64,000 nt of DNA from an uncultured bacterium (GTDB taxonomy: Bacteria > Babelota > Babeliae > Babelales > Vermiphilaceae). The notes below the pieces were generated by a model. It did not search any database, was not told the origin of the DNA, and saw only the letters and a program-made list of their open reading frames with translations. The stretch's first letter is position 1; each line of letters opens with the position of its first letter. A program made the position numbers and the translations under genes. This document shows, one piece after another, positions 39,238 to 48,983 of this stretch. The DNA lies in NCBI GenBank assembly GCA_963727255.1, contig CAVSFC010000001.1:1-64000 (forward strand). Reading direction: 5' to 3'.

Positions 39238-39768
39238 ATGAGCACTATTACCATTCGCCCCTATAACTCTTCAGATTTGTCTATAGTCATCCAAATCTTT
39301 AAAGAGGCGGTTGCAGCTATCAATATTCGACATTATACGCCTGAGCAGATTGCTGTTTGGACCGATATTGATCCTGCCCGCTGGCAAACAAAATTAAAAG
39401 AAATGATTGTTTTTGTTGCCGTCCTTCGAGACGCATCTAACGATGCTCCTTCCAGTCTTCGCCAAGATGCTTCGGCGGACAGGCAGGATGAGCAGCGGAT
39501 TGTTGGATTTGCTGACATGACTCGGGAAGGTTATCTCGATCATTTATATGTTCATAAAGATTACCAAGCTCGATGGGTCTCATTGCATCTTTTTAAAACA
39601 ATAGAAAAAGCGGCACGCGAACTTGGCCTCACTAAACTTACCACCGATTGCAGCATCACGGCTAAAGTTCCGGCTGAACGTATGGGCTTTAAAGTGGTTA
39701 AAGAGCAGATTGTTGAGAAAAATGGAGTGCAATTTACCAACTATCATATGGAAAAGAAATTAGTTTAA
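39238..39768 (+). CDS. GNAT acetyltransferase (copy A2) with in-frame palindromic insertion
   Basis: Paralog of 23382-23846 with extra VLRDASNDAPSSLRQDASADRQDEQR. Confidence 0.9.
   Translation: MSTITIRPYNSSDLSIVIQIFKEAVAAINIRHYTPEQIAVWTDIDPARWQTKLKEMIVFVAVLRDASNDAPSSLRQDASADRQDEQRIVGFADMTREGYLDHLYVHKDYQARWVSLHLFKTIEKAARELGLTKLTTDCSITAKVPAERMGFKVVKEQIVEKNGVQFTNYHMEKKLV
39421..39498. repeat. Nested REP-like element inside a CDS
   Basis: Outer GTCCTTCGAGACGCA..TGCTCCT / CAGGATGAGC; inner 33-nt TCCAGTCTTCGCCAAGATGCTTCGGCGGACAGG. Confidence 0.85.
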
Positions 39769-39793
39769 GACAACATTTTAAAGAGGAATCACC

Positions 39794-40339
39794 ATGAAAA
39801 AATTATTAATTGCTTTCATGATTGGATTATTACCGGCAGTAATTTCTGCACAAGAAAAACAAATAAATTGCGATGATCTTGCTGCACATATTGAAGATCG
39901 GATTTGGGGGATGGAGCATTACGGAGATGGTAGCGATGCGGGTGTATTTTACAATCAAGACAAGAACGGGTTAAAGCGCCTCGCTGTTCATTTTCGTATT
40001 AAAACTACCGGACCACTGACGCATTTTCGTTCTATAGATTGTAAAGCAGCAGGAGAAGAAAATAATCAAAACGCATCCCATAAACTATTTGGCAGCATTG
40101 CTCAATTTAAGCAATTTCAGAAAGCACTTGATCAATGCGTAGAAAACTCAGGAACTTCTTGCCCTGAAGCATCGCATACTCTGAGTATGCTCCAGGAAAA
40201 GATGAATATGTATTCGCAATGTATCGCCTTATTTAAGGAAGGCCAAGCGAGCCGAGCTGCTGCATTGAAAAAAGATGAAGAAGCAAAAGCAAAAAGAGAA
40301 GCTTTTGATAAATTCATTAATGATGTAAATGAAAAATAA
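39794..40339 (+). CDS. Secreted Cys-rich hypothetical protein
   Basis: Leader MKKLLIAFMIGLLPAVISA; tandem paralog of 40358-40906. Confidence 0.8.
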   Translation: MKKLLIAFMIGLLPAVISAQEKQINCDDLAAHIEDRIWGMEHYGDGSDAGVFYNQDKNGLKRLAVHFRIKTTGPLTHFRSIDCKAAGEENNQNASHKLFGSIAQFKQFQKALDQCVENSGTSCPEASHTLSMLQEKMNMYSQCIALFKEGQASRAAALKKDEEAKAKREAFDKFINDVNEK

Positions 40340-40357
40340 AGCATTCGAGGAATTACT

Positions 40358-40906
40358 ATGAAAAAATTACTCATTGCTTCCATGATTGGATTATTACCTG
40401 CAGTAATTTCTGCTTCTGAAAGAAAAATTAATTGCGATGACTTTGCAAAACATATTAAAAATGAGCTTAAGAAGAAAGAACATGGTATGAATGGTTTTTA
40501 TGGTGCGTATTATTACCAGAAAACAAATTTTTTCGGCATGCCTGTTGGCAAGCCTGAGCTTTGCACTTCTTATTTCATTAATGGCACATGTGAGGTAACG
40601 TATAAAAAAAGAAATTGTAAAGCAGCAGGTGAAGAGGGTGATTCTTATGCAATAATACTTTTGCCTGGCAGAATTGCGCTCTTTAAGCAATATCATAATG
40701 CTCTTAAGCAATGCGCAGAAACCTCTGAAGACTCCTGCCCATTAGCAGCGCAAACCATGCGTAAACTTGAAGAAAAAATGGATATGTGCTCGCAATGCAT
40801 TGATTTATACAATCAAGGCAAGGCTGAAGCATCAAAAAAAGATAAAGAAGAAAAAGTAAGAAAAGATGCTTTTGATAAATTAATTAATGATACCAATAAA
40901 AAATAG
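40358..40906 (+). CDS. Secreted Cys-rich hypothetical protein
   Basis: Shares INCDD, CKAAGEE, SCP, SQCI, AFDK.IND with 39794-40339. Confidence 0.8.
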   Translation: MKKLLIASMIGLLPAVISASERKINCDDFAKHIKNELKKKEHGMNGFYGAYYYQKTNFFGMPVGKPELCTSYFINGTCEVTYKKRNCKAAGEEGDSYAIILLPGRIALFKQYHNALKQCAETSEDSCPLAAQTMRKLEEKMDMCSQCIDLYNQGKAEASKKDKEEKVRKDAFDKLINDTNKK

Positions 40907-41149
40907 AGACCCGCTTTCATAGGGAAATCTCGAAACCTCGCTTGATTTTTGCCCTGACTGGCTTTATCATTACAATAATGTTCACTTTTATGAGAAGGCA
41001 CTGTGCCATGAAAACCGTCACTGTTCGAGCATAACTTGCTCACCAATCTTTATCGTTAATTATCCTGTTTGTTTCTATTAAAAAAACCAAACACGGCTAC
41101 CAATTTTCTAATTTATCTTTTCTATTATTTTTGTTTGTGGAGTCATACC

Positions 41150-41674
41150 ATGACCAATGTTTTGCTGCAGATTCAAAACATTACTAAAACGTATAAAGTT
41201 ACCAATAAAACAATTAATGCCCTTAAAGGAGTTTCACTTGATATTTATAATGGCGAAGTTCTTGGCTTGCTCGGCGTAAACGGCGCCGGTAAATCCACCC
41301 TTTCATCTATTATTGCAACACTGCATCCGGCAACAAGTGGCGATATTGTATATCAAAACAGCTCTATCTATCATGATCTACCCAGTTTTCGTATGCGCTT
41401 AGGCTATTGCCCTCAAAAGCCTAATCTAAATCCAAATCTCACCCTCGAGCAAAACTTACTGTTTGCTGGAAGATTGTATGGGATTCAAGATGAGCAGATT
41501 GCAGAGCGCATTAGCGTCCTTTCAAAGCGTTTTGGATTAGAAAGCTATCTCGCTGAAAAAGCAGAAGTTCTTTCGGGCGGCTATAAACAACGCTTTATGG
41601 TCGCGCGCAGTCTTATTCATAACCCGGAATTTATTATTCTTGATGAGCCAACGGTTGGCAGCCGAACCGAGTAG
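41150..41674 (+). pseudogene. 3'-truncated ABC transporter ATP-binding protein
   Basis: GVNGAGKST, LSGG, ILDEPTVG then abrupt end; no D-loop completion or H-switch. Confidence 0.85.
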
Positions 41675-41695
41675 AATAATTCGATTGATTTTCAT
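41657..41695 (-). pseudogene. Orphan leader fragment MKINRIILLGSAA
   Basis: Matches the 5' ends of 41711-42991 and 43057-43941; abuts the truncated ABC gene. Confidence 0.75.
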
Positions 41696-41710
41696 TATCG
41701 CTTCTCTACT

Positions 41711-42991
41711 TTATTTTCTTATTTTTATTTTTTCCGTTATTTCCGGCAAGTTCTTAAGCATTGTAATGAATGTTGTACGATCACTGCCTTTGAGATATAC
41801 ATCAAAGAAATCAACCACGAGTTTTCGGGCAATTTCAATTCCTTTTAATGGAGCAATTATACCGGAATCTTGCATAGGCATAAGTAAATTAAAATCGCTA
41901 AAGGTTGCGTGATCTGCAGTTTTGAAAAGCACAAAATAGGCATCATTACTAATATTGTTAAATAGGTTTTCCATAGACTGTTGAGTCGCAATAACAGATT
42001 TATCGACCTCTGCCTTTGTCATATGCATTTTCGCAAGCATTTCATCAGGAGGATAATTGCCTAATTCAAATGATTTACTGGCCATCAAGAACATAAATGG
42101 CTTATTAAATGGTGCTTCATTATCTTTGCCGTAGAGAGTGCCATCTATATCAATACCAACTTTACATCTCGAATCCTTACGACACATTTGGGCTGCAGCA
42201 GCACCTCCGAAGGAATGGCCAAATATACCAATATGGGATAGGTCTAATTTAGAGGTGAGAATTTGTTGTGGATCATGCTTATTGATTTTTTCTAATTCAT
42301 CAATAACAAATTGCGAATCACGCACCCAGACATCCATTGTTATTGCCAAGTCATCTGCTAGAATTTTTGCTTTTTGAGCTTCATCGGTTGGAACTGGCCG
42401 GTCAAAAAATGGTGGTTTAGCATCTTTAGGTGTAATTATTTTACCATTAGGAAAAAGAGTGGCAAAATTATCATAAGGATGATCAATGGCGACTACAATA
42501 TAACCATGACTAGCCAAATCTTCTAATAAGCTTGTATATGATCTGGTTACATAACTTTGCATCCCATGAGAAAAAACAATTACCGGATAGCGAGCTCGGG
42601 AAGCAGAAATTGGGCTGTTAAAAATACTATGGGTTTTGATCGGCGCATTAAGATAACTCAATTTTTCTAAAGATGTATTCGATTGCTGGCTTATGACTGT
42701 TGTTACATGAGGCATGATCTGGGATAAGTAAGGGAAAGGCTTGCCCTTAATGCTCCGATCGATGGGATACCAAACATTGATCATTAATTCTCGGCAATCG
42801 TTTGGATTTAGAGATCTTACCTCTTTGCGCTTTTTATCAATGAGATGATACTCAGTAGTCCCAACAGAAAATAGGCCCGTAGGCGCCGGCAATTCAATAG
42901 ATAGTTGCGGCTTGTGCATGCTAAATAGGGTTATACCTATTGCGCTCAAAAGTGCAGCCGCACTGAATAGAATAATTCGATTAATTTTCAT
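41711..42991 (-). CDS. PAF-acetylhydrolase-like alpha/beta hydrolase, secreted
   Basis: PTGLFSVGT, VWYP, FSHG, LASHGY, GHSFGG, HATFSD. Confidence 0.9.
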   Translation of the reverse strand: MKINRIILFSAAALLSAIGITLFSMHKPQLSIELPAPTGLFSVGTTEYHLIDKKRKEVRSLNPNDCRELMINVWYPIDRSIKGKPFPYLSQIMPHVTTVISQQSNTSLEKLSYLNAPIKTHSIFNSPISASRARYPVIVFSHGMQSYVTRSYTSLLEDLASHGYIVVAIDHPYDNFATLFPNGKIITPKDAKPPFFDRPVPTDEAQKAKILADDLAITMDVWVRDSQFVIDELEKINKHDPQQILTSKLDLSHIGIFGHSFGGAAAAQMCRKDSRCKVGIDIDGTLYGKDNEAPFNKPFMFLMASKSFELGNYPPDEMLAKMHMTKAEVDKSVIATQQSMENLFNNISNDAYFVLFKTADHATFSDFNLLMPMQDSGIIAPLKGIEIARKLVVDFFDVYLKGSDRTTFITMLKNLPEITEKIKIRK

Positions 42992-43017
42992 TTTTTCCCT
43001 TTCTTGCTATGATCCGA

Positions 43018-43026
43018 ATTATAGCA
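43018..43026 (-). promoter_or_regulatory. Extended -10 promoter (TGCTATAAT)
   Basis: Part of upstream module duplicated at 43968-43976. Confidence 0.6.
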
Positions 43027-43056
43027 TGGGAATAGATATGATTTACAGAGTAAGGT

Positions 43057-43941
43057 TCAATTTGCTTTAAGCAATACCCTTGCTTCATCTTCTGAAAGCC
43101 ATTCTTCATGCTCAACAAGATACTTGAGCTGAAATTCAGCAACTTCTTTATCAAGTTCGCCGGGCATAAGATCAGCACCATTATATTGATATCCCTGGAA
43201 CGGGATTCCCCGTTTGTGCATTTCTTCTGCCACTTGTTCAACACGTTTCATGCTATCATCAAAGAAAATAACTAGATCAGGCTTCCATTTTACTCGATCA
43301 AGAAAAGTTGCAAGAACTTGGCCTTTTGAAGATGTACTGGTGCACAGTATTCCATGATAAAGAACAGGATAGCTGCCATCATCGTCCTTAGGTAATTCAT
43401 TAAAAATCATGTCAGGGAAATTTGCCTTGCTAAAATCGATACCCAGCTTTTTGAGTTTATTAAAACGCCACTCTGGCAATGATGGAATTGTAAAAGATCT
43501 GCCAGTTTTCAGCGCGGTTAATGCCATAACTTTAACACTGCGATCTTGAAGCGATCGTATTATCTCAACTATTTTTGGTTCAATAAGAAGCGGAACTTCT
43601 TTCACTTTCCAAATGCTCCAATAATAAGCCTCCGTTTTTGGTGCATTCCCATAAACGCTAGAGGTTAATTCTAGTAACCACGGGCGATAGGCTTCATTTT
43701 CAATAGTTTTAGGGCGGAAGAGTACACTTGCCGGTTCAATTAATGTATCGTCGACATCAAAAAGAACGAGCGTATTTTTATCAACTTTATTAAGCACATC
43801 GGACGCTTGTGCAAATGAGTCAATTTTTTGAATAGCGCTAGCGGCAATGCAAGACTGCGGCTTTTGCATGCAAAATAGGGTTATCCCTATTGCACTCAAA
43901 ATGGCAGCTGTACTGAGTAGAATAATTCGATTAATTTTCAT
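43057..43941 (-). CDS. DUF2608-type secreted HAD-fold protein
   Basis: LFDVDDTL, KGQVL, IFFDD. Confidence 0.85.
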   Translation of the reverse strand: MKINRIILLSTAAILSAIGITLFCMQKPQSCIAASAIQKIDSFAQASDVLNKVDKNTLVLFDVDDTLIEPASVLFRPKTIENEAYRPWLLELTSSVYGNAPKTEAYYWSIWKVKEVPLLIEPKIVEIIRSLQDRSVKVMALTALKTGRSFTIPSLPEWRFNKLKKLGIDFSKANFPDMIFNELPKDDDGSYPVLYHGILCTSTSSKGQVLATFLDRVKWKPDLVIFFDDSMKRVEQVAEEMHKRGIPFQGYQYNGADLMPGELDKEVAEFQLKYLVEHEEWLSEDEARVLLKAN

Positions 43942-43967
43942 GGTTTCCCTTTCTTTCTATGATCCGA

Positions 43968-43976
43968 ATTATAGCA
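43968..43976 (-). promoter_or_regulatory. Extended -10 promoter (TGCTATAAT)
   Basis: Same context as 43018-43026. Confidence 0.6.
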
Positions 43977-44107
43977 TGATAAAAGGCACAATTTACAGAG
44001 TTATTGTCGAATACTGCTTTAAAGCATAGGATTTCATAAAAGAGAAAGATACGATATATTGTAAGAATATCTAAACCTTGTTTTTTCTATGAATAAAAGT
44101 AAACAAA

Positions 44108-45388
44108 ATGCACCAGAAAAAAATATCTCTTACAAGTGCCATCATCCTGACTATAAATATGCTGGTCGGTTCAGCAATTTTAGCATTTCCCGGATTGATG
44201 ACCGGTGTCGCAGGTAATGCAAGTTTTCTAGCATGGGGAATAGCCGCTCTCCTGTTATTGCCTTTAGTGCTGAGCGCTGTGGAATTGAGCCATCTATTTC
44301 CCGTCGCCGGCGGCTTTTATACATATGTAAAAGAAGGTTTGGGAAAAGAAGCAGGATACTTGGCGGGTTGGCTATTCGTTATCGGTTATATCTTTTCAAT
44401 AGTTCTTGAAGGCCTGGCATTAAGAGAAATAGTAACTTCCTATTGTTTTAATATCGTATTCCTAAATAACGCACTTACTTTTAACCTCATATTTGTAAGT
44501 CTCTTAATGCTCTTTAATGTGATAAGCCTTAAAGTAATGAGTGGATTTTTGAGCTTCTTTACATTCTGTAAAACATTGCCTCTCATCATCCTCATTTTGT
44601 TTATTCCATTTATACTAAATCCCAGTCTCTCTATTACGAGTGCTGAGCTTTCTTTGTTGCCTGGCTCGTTGCCCTTAGCAATTTTTGGGTACTTTGGTTT
44701 TGAATATTGCTGTAGCATTTCCCAGCATATCGAAAATAGCAAAAAGAATGGCCCGCGAGCAATTCTCATTGGATTTTTAGCTACCGCATTCATTTACATG
44801 CTTTTTCATTTCGGTCTTTTGAATCTTATGGGTGCTCAAAAACTGGCCGAATGTGGCGCTCCAGCCTATGCATCATTTCTGAAAATGCCAATTCCTTATT
44901 TGAAGGAATTTATCAATTACTTAATTCCTATTGCCTCTATTGTTGCAATTGGTGCAACTGCTATTGCGCTCCTTAATTCTAATGGAGAGATTTTATATGT
45001 CATGGCCCAAGAACGTCGTTTTTATAAATCTCACTTATTATCCAAAGTTAATATTTACAATCGGCCTTATGTAACAATATTGCTGCAGGGACTAACGATT
45101 TTTATGATGATAACTTGTTTTCCTTCTATTCATGCTATTAATGGTTTGTGTAATGTAGCATGTTTCTTAGGCTATCTACTCCCCTTTATTTCTTTATTAA
45201 TTTTGCAAGGCCGAGCTGCTGCTTATAGAAAAACTACTTTGACGGTTTTGGCTATTGTTATTACTTTGGGATTAATTTTTTATAATTGGTTCTTCATGGG
45301 TAATACGATGATTGAGCGATTACTGTATACTGCATTGCTCTGTGGAATTATTGGTAGCGGATTTTTGATTCGAAACCGCGAACGCTAA
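44108..45388 (+). CDS. APC-family amino-acid permease (copy B1)
   Basis: NMLVGSAI, GGFYTY, GYFGFE, PRAI; ~12 hydrophobic segments. Confidence 0.9.
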   Translation: MHQKKISLTSAIILTINMLVGSAILAFPGLMTGVAGNASFLAWGIAALLLLPLVLSAVELSHLFPVAGGFYTYVKEGLGKEAGYLAGWLFVIGYIFSIVLEGLALREIVTSYCFNIVFLNNALTFNLIFVSLLMLFNVISLKVMSGFLSFFTFCKTLPLIILILFIPFILNPSLSITSAELSLLPGSLPLAIFGYFGFEYCCSISQHIENSKKNGPRAILIGFLATAFIYMLFHFGLLNLMGAQKLAECGAPAYASFLKMPIPYLKEFINYLIPIASIVAIGATAIALLNSNGEILYVMAQERRFYKSHLLSKVNIYNRPYVTILLQGLTIFMMITCFPSIHAINGLCNVACFLGYLLPFISLLILQGRAAAYRKTTLTVLAIVITLGLIFYNWFFMGNTMIERLLYTALLCGIIGSGFLIRNRER

Positions 45389-46269
45389 AGTTGCTTTTGT
45401 TGCGCTATTAGTTCGCGTGCTTCATCTTCTGAAAACCATTCTTCATGCTCAACTAACTGCTTCATTTGCATCGTAGCAACTTCTTTATCCAGTTCGCCGG
45501 GCACAAATCGTGCGCCATTATAGTGAAATCCATAAAAAGGGATCGATCGTTTTTTCATTTCCTGCGCCACTGATTCTACGCGCTCCATACTATCATCAAA
45601 GAAAATCACTTTGTCTGGCTTTAATGCAGTGCGATCAAGAAATGTGCCGAGTACTTGGCCTTTAGGAGATCCGGATGCAATTAAAATACCGCGATATAAT
45701 ATCGGATGTTGTTCTTTTTTTGCCGGCAACTCATTAAAAACCATATCGGGAAAGCCGGCCTTGGTAAAATCAAGCCCGAGCTTTTTTAAGGTGGTATAGC
45801 GCCATTCAGGCAATGAAGAAATAGCAAAATCTGAACCGGACATGAGCGAGGTTAATACCATCACTTTCACGCTACGATTTTGCAAGTCAGCAATAGTTTG
45901 CATAATGCTCGGCTCAACCAGCATTGGAGTCTCTTGTTGCTTCCAAATACTCCAATAATACCCTTCTGGTTTTTTAGCATCCTGAAAGATGGTTTTTTGC
46001 GTCTCTTTGAGCCATTGAGTGTTATCTTCTATTACTTTGACATGAAATACGGCACTTGAAGGCACATAGAGCACTTCACGTACATCAAAAAGCACCAAAC
46101 TATTTGATGTTGCAGTATTAAGAGTATCTGTTGCTTTGGCAAAAGAATCGATAGATTTGATGGTATTAACCGTGGCAAAAAGCCTGATTTGATGCCCATA
46201 AAAAAGGCCGAGCCCTATGGTTCCAGCTATCAGGCTATAGATTAAAAGAAGCGATTTGTTCATTTTCAT
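45385..46269 (-). CDS. DUF2608-type HAD-fold protein (copy B1)
   Basis: LFDVREVL, KGQVL, IFFDD. Confidence 0.85.
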   Translation of the reverse strand: MKMNKSLLLIYSLIAGTIGLGLFYGHQIRLFATVNTIKSIDSFAKATDTLNTATSNSLVLFDVREVLYVPSSAVFHVKVIEDNTQWLKETQKTIFQDAKKPEGYYWSIWKQQETPMLVEPSIMQTIADLQNRSVKVMVLTSLMSGSDFAISSLPEWRYTTLKKLGLDFTKAGFPDMVFNELPAKKEQHPILYRGILIASGSPKGQVLGTFLDRTALKPDKVIFFDDSMERVESVAQEMKKRSIPFYGFHYNGARFVPGELDKEVATMQMKQLVEHEEWFSEDEARELIAQQKQL

Positions 46270-46388
46270 GGTATTTTCCCCTCATTTTTCAGATTAATGC
46301 CTTTTTCTAGCTCTGGCAATAGCCAAACCTGCAGGGTTCTTAGGGAGAAAAGATAGGCGCGCCATGGCCCAATAAATATTTTCCACCT

Positions 46389-46438
46389 GTCAATTTTAGC
46401 AAGGTTTTCCTTGCCATTAAGCATTTTTAAGCTATTCT
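46389..46438. promoter_or_regulatory. Conserved divergent promoter region
   Basis: TTGCCA-16-TATTCT on +, TTGACA on -; both retained at 57905-57955. Confidence 0.5.
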
Positions 46439-46491
46439 TAAAGTTATAGTATTGTACTTTTAAAAACTTAAAAATACCTGTGGAGGTTATT

Positions 46492-46926
46492 ATGAAAAAG
46501 AACCTGTTGCTTTTACTCAGCTTGGTTGCATTCGGTGGATCAGTTTCTGCTATGGAAGAAGATTCTACTATGGAAGATGCCATGGAAAAATTTATGGAAC
46601 ATGCAACTGAAGGCAGAGAGGTAAAATTATCTCCTTTCACTCAACAAATGAAAAATCGGCTTAAACACTGCCCAGTTGGGGCTGATTCAAAATCAGAATG
46701 CGCAAGACTTGCAGCAATTACACTCAATAGCTGGATTTATGATATCAAGGGCATGGCAGAGTGTGCTAATTTGGCTCGTTTAAATTTCGATGCACTCGAT
46801 GAGAAATGCAGAAAAAGCGAAACCAATGGCGAGAGATATGCATGTACTTTGAATACTCTCGATCGTAAACTTGAATTGCTTGATCTCTGCGAACGAGCAC
46901 GCATAAAAATAACAAATAAGGATTAA
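46492..46926 (+). CDS. Secreted Cys-rich hypothetical protein
   Basis: GGAGG RBS; leader MKKNLLLLLSLVAFGGSVSA-ME. Confidence 0.8.
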   Translation: MKKNLLLLLSLVAFGGSVSAMEEDSTMEDAMEKFMEHATEGREVKLSPFTQQMKNRLKHCPVGADSKSECARLAAITLNSWIYDIKGMAECANLARLNFDALDEKCRKSETNGERYACTLNTLDRKLELLDLCERARIKITNKD

Positions 46927-46933
46927 GGCCATC

Positions 46934-47497
46934 ATGAAAAAATTATTTTTAGCATTTTTAATGCTCGGCGCAATTGCGCCTTCAATGTATGCAAGCAAAA
47001 CTTCCACTTTCAAAGGTACTGCAAAAATTGTAGGCGGTTTAGCATTAATGACTGCGTTGGGATTCGCAACTTTTAAATTTGCCACTGCTCTTATTGAAAA
47101 TCGAGCAATTGCAAGCGGTAAATATCAAAGACTTGGTTATTCAGACACTGATAAATGTCCTCATTGGGCATACGCATTCGCGCCATTAGCGATAATCCCA
47201 GGATTTATTTTAGGTGGCGATTTAGTTAAACGAGGCTGGAGCGAGATTCCAAAATATCCGTTTTTCTCATTAAAAGAGCAAGAATTAACTGATCAAATCA
47301 AAGCAGATATCTATAAAGTATTTACTCAAGAAATGTGGATTGTTTCAAAAGATTTTAGCACGATGGCACAAGGCAATACTGAATTAGAACAAGATCTCAA
47401 AGATCTTTATGATGGAAACTTTGGATCGCAAGAAACTGCTCAAAAGAAACTTGATGCATTTTGCAAGAAATGGAACCTTGAGAAAATTGAGATTTAA
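46934..47497 (+). CDS. Secreted/membrane hypothetical protein with shared C-terminal domain
   Basis: Signal, two hydrophobic helices, C-terminal MAQGNTELEQDLKDLY...FCKKW. Confidence 0.8.
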   Translation: MKKLFLAFLMLGAIAPSMYASKTSTFKGTAKIVGGLALMTALGFATFKFATALIENRAIASGKYQRLGYSDTDKCPHWAYAFAPLAIIPGFILGGDLVKRGWSEIPKYPFFSLKEQELTDQIKADIYKVFTQEMWIVSKDFSTMAQGNTELEQDLKDLYDGNFGSQETAQKKLDAFCKKWNLEKIEI

Positions 47498-47526
47498 AGA
47501 CCTATAAAAAAATGGAGACTTTTTTT

Positions 47527-48884
47527 ATGTATTTTAGGCGACTTTTTCACTATTTATTTATAACGGCATTTTCATTTTCCGGTGTAGCAAATGCAATGCA
47601 ATCATTGCGATTTTCAGCGCGCACAACGTCAGTTACGCATCGATCAATGGCAGCTTCAGTAGCCATTCGTAACATGAAAAGCTCTGCTTCCAAATCAAAT
47701 ACGCATCTGAAAATACAATTTTTTTTGGATCGCATGATCGCCAATCAAAAAAAAATTATTATCATCCTTATAATTCATTTTCATCCTTTAGTAAAAATAC
47801 CTCCCAAATATCAGCTGAAAATTTTGGTTTATCGTGGAGGATTAAAGCGGCGGCATTATTAGGGTTAGGATTAGGGTTAGCGTGGTTTTTGTCTGATTCA
47901 GATAATGATGAAAAAGTTGAACAAACACAAACAACTTATTCGACAATGAATCTTTTTTGGATAAATAAGAAATTAGACGAGAATCAACGTTATATCTATC
48001 CTTCAAAAGATGAACAGGCACTATTCAATGATTTTTTAAAGAATATTTTTATGTGGGCAGAAGGTCTGGATAAAAATATTCCTGTTCATGTGTGGTTTGA
48101 TAGTCAATTGACACCAAAAGCTGCTGTTGTTAACACACAAGCTCTCATTGATAAATACATGAAATTTCGTGCTCAAAAAGCGCCTATTATTCTTCAAGAT
48201 ATTCGAGACCTGCCTGAGGTTATACAACATCCTGAAGTATTTTCCGATAAAACACCCGTATATTTTAGGGTAGACCTTCTTCGAGTAATTGCGGCCTATA
48301 ATACTATTACTACTCATAATACATCCAATTTTGTGTACGCAGATCTTGATATGGAACCTCTACCTCAAAAAGATCTTTTTGATGATGAAACTAAGCAAAA
48401 CCTTAAACAATATGGAATGATCTTAGCAAAGGCTCATGGTTTGAAATATGAAAATGGTTTTTTCATTCTCAGTCAGCATAATAATAATATGTTAGAAGCT
48501 GTTAAATTTGCATTGATAGACTTAAATATTCAACGAGCCTACAATGCGTTAAATGATGATTTTTACAACTCATCAAATCGGCGTGATCGAACTGCTATGA
48601 AGCCATTACAACAAATTGTATATGACAGTTATGGTAATATGTTTAAATACTTTTTTCATTTAAGTGGTGAAGGTGTAGTAAAAGTATATGATAATTCAGC
48701 AGGTAATTGGAGTCTGGTTCCTTATGATAAAGAAGCAAATGGATTAAAGCCGTTTGGATTAAAACATCTAGAATATCTTGAATTCGAAGGAAAATCTTCT
48801 AGAATTTTAGGAGAACGCTGGGCACCACGAGTACCGACAAAAAAAGTAAAGTTGCCCCCTGCTGAACATAAGTATGATGTTTAG
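47527..48884 (+). pseudogene. Frameshifted secreted DXD-type glycosyltransferase-like effector
   Basis: Leader frame and catalytic frame overlap at 47673-47862, which contains T8 and A9 tracts; RVDLLRV and YADLD motifs. Confidence 0.65.
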
Positions 48885-48983
48885 CAATAGGGCCACAGGG
48901 TAAAAAAAATCTTCTGCATCGGCTGGAAGGCATTATTAAATCAAAAACTGTTTTATAGAAAAAAACGTAATTAAGAGATTAAC

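Noticed and set aside
47859..47880. TTAGGG-like telomeric repeats
   Set aside because: They encode Leu-Gly-Leu-Gly in a predicted TM helix; only ~3 imperfect units.
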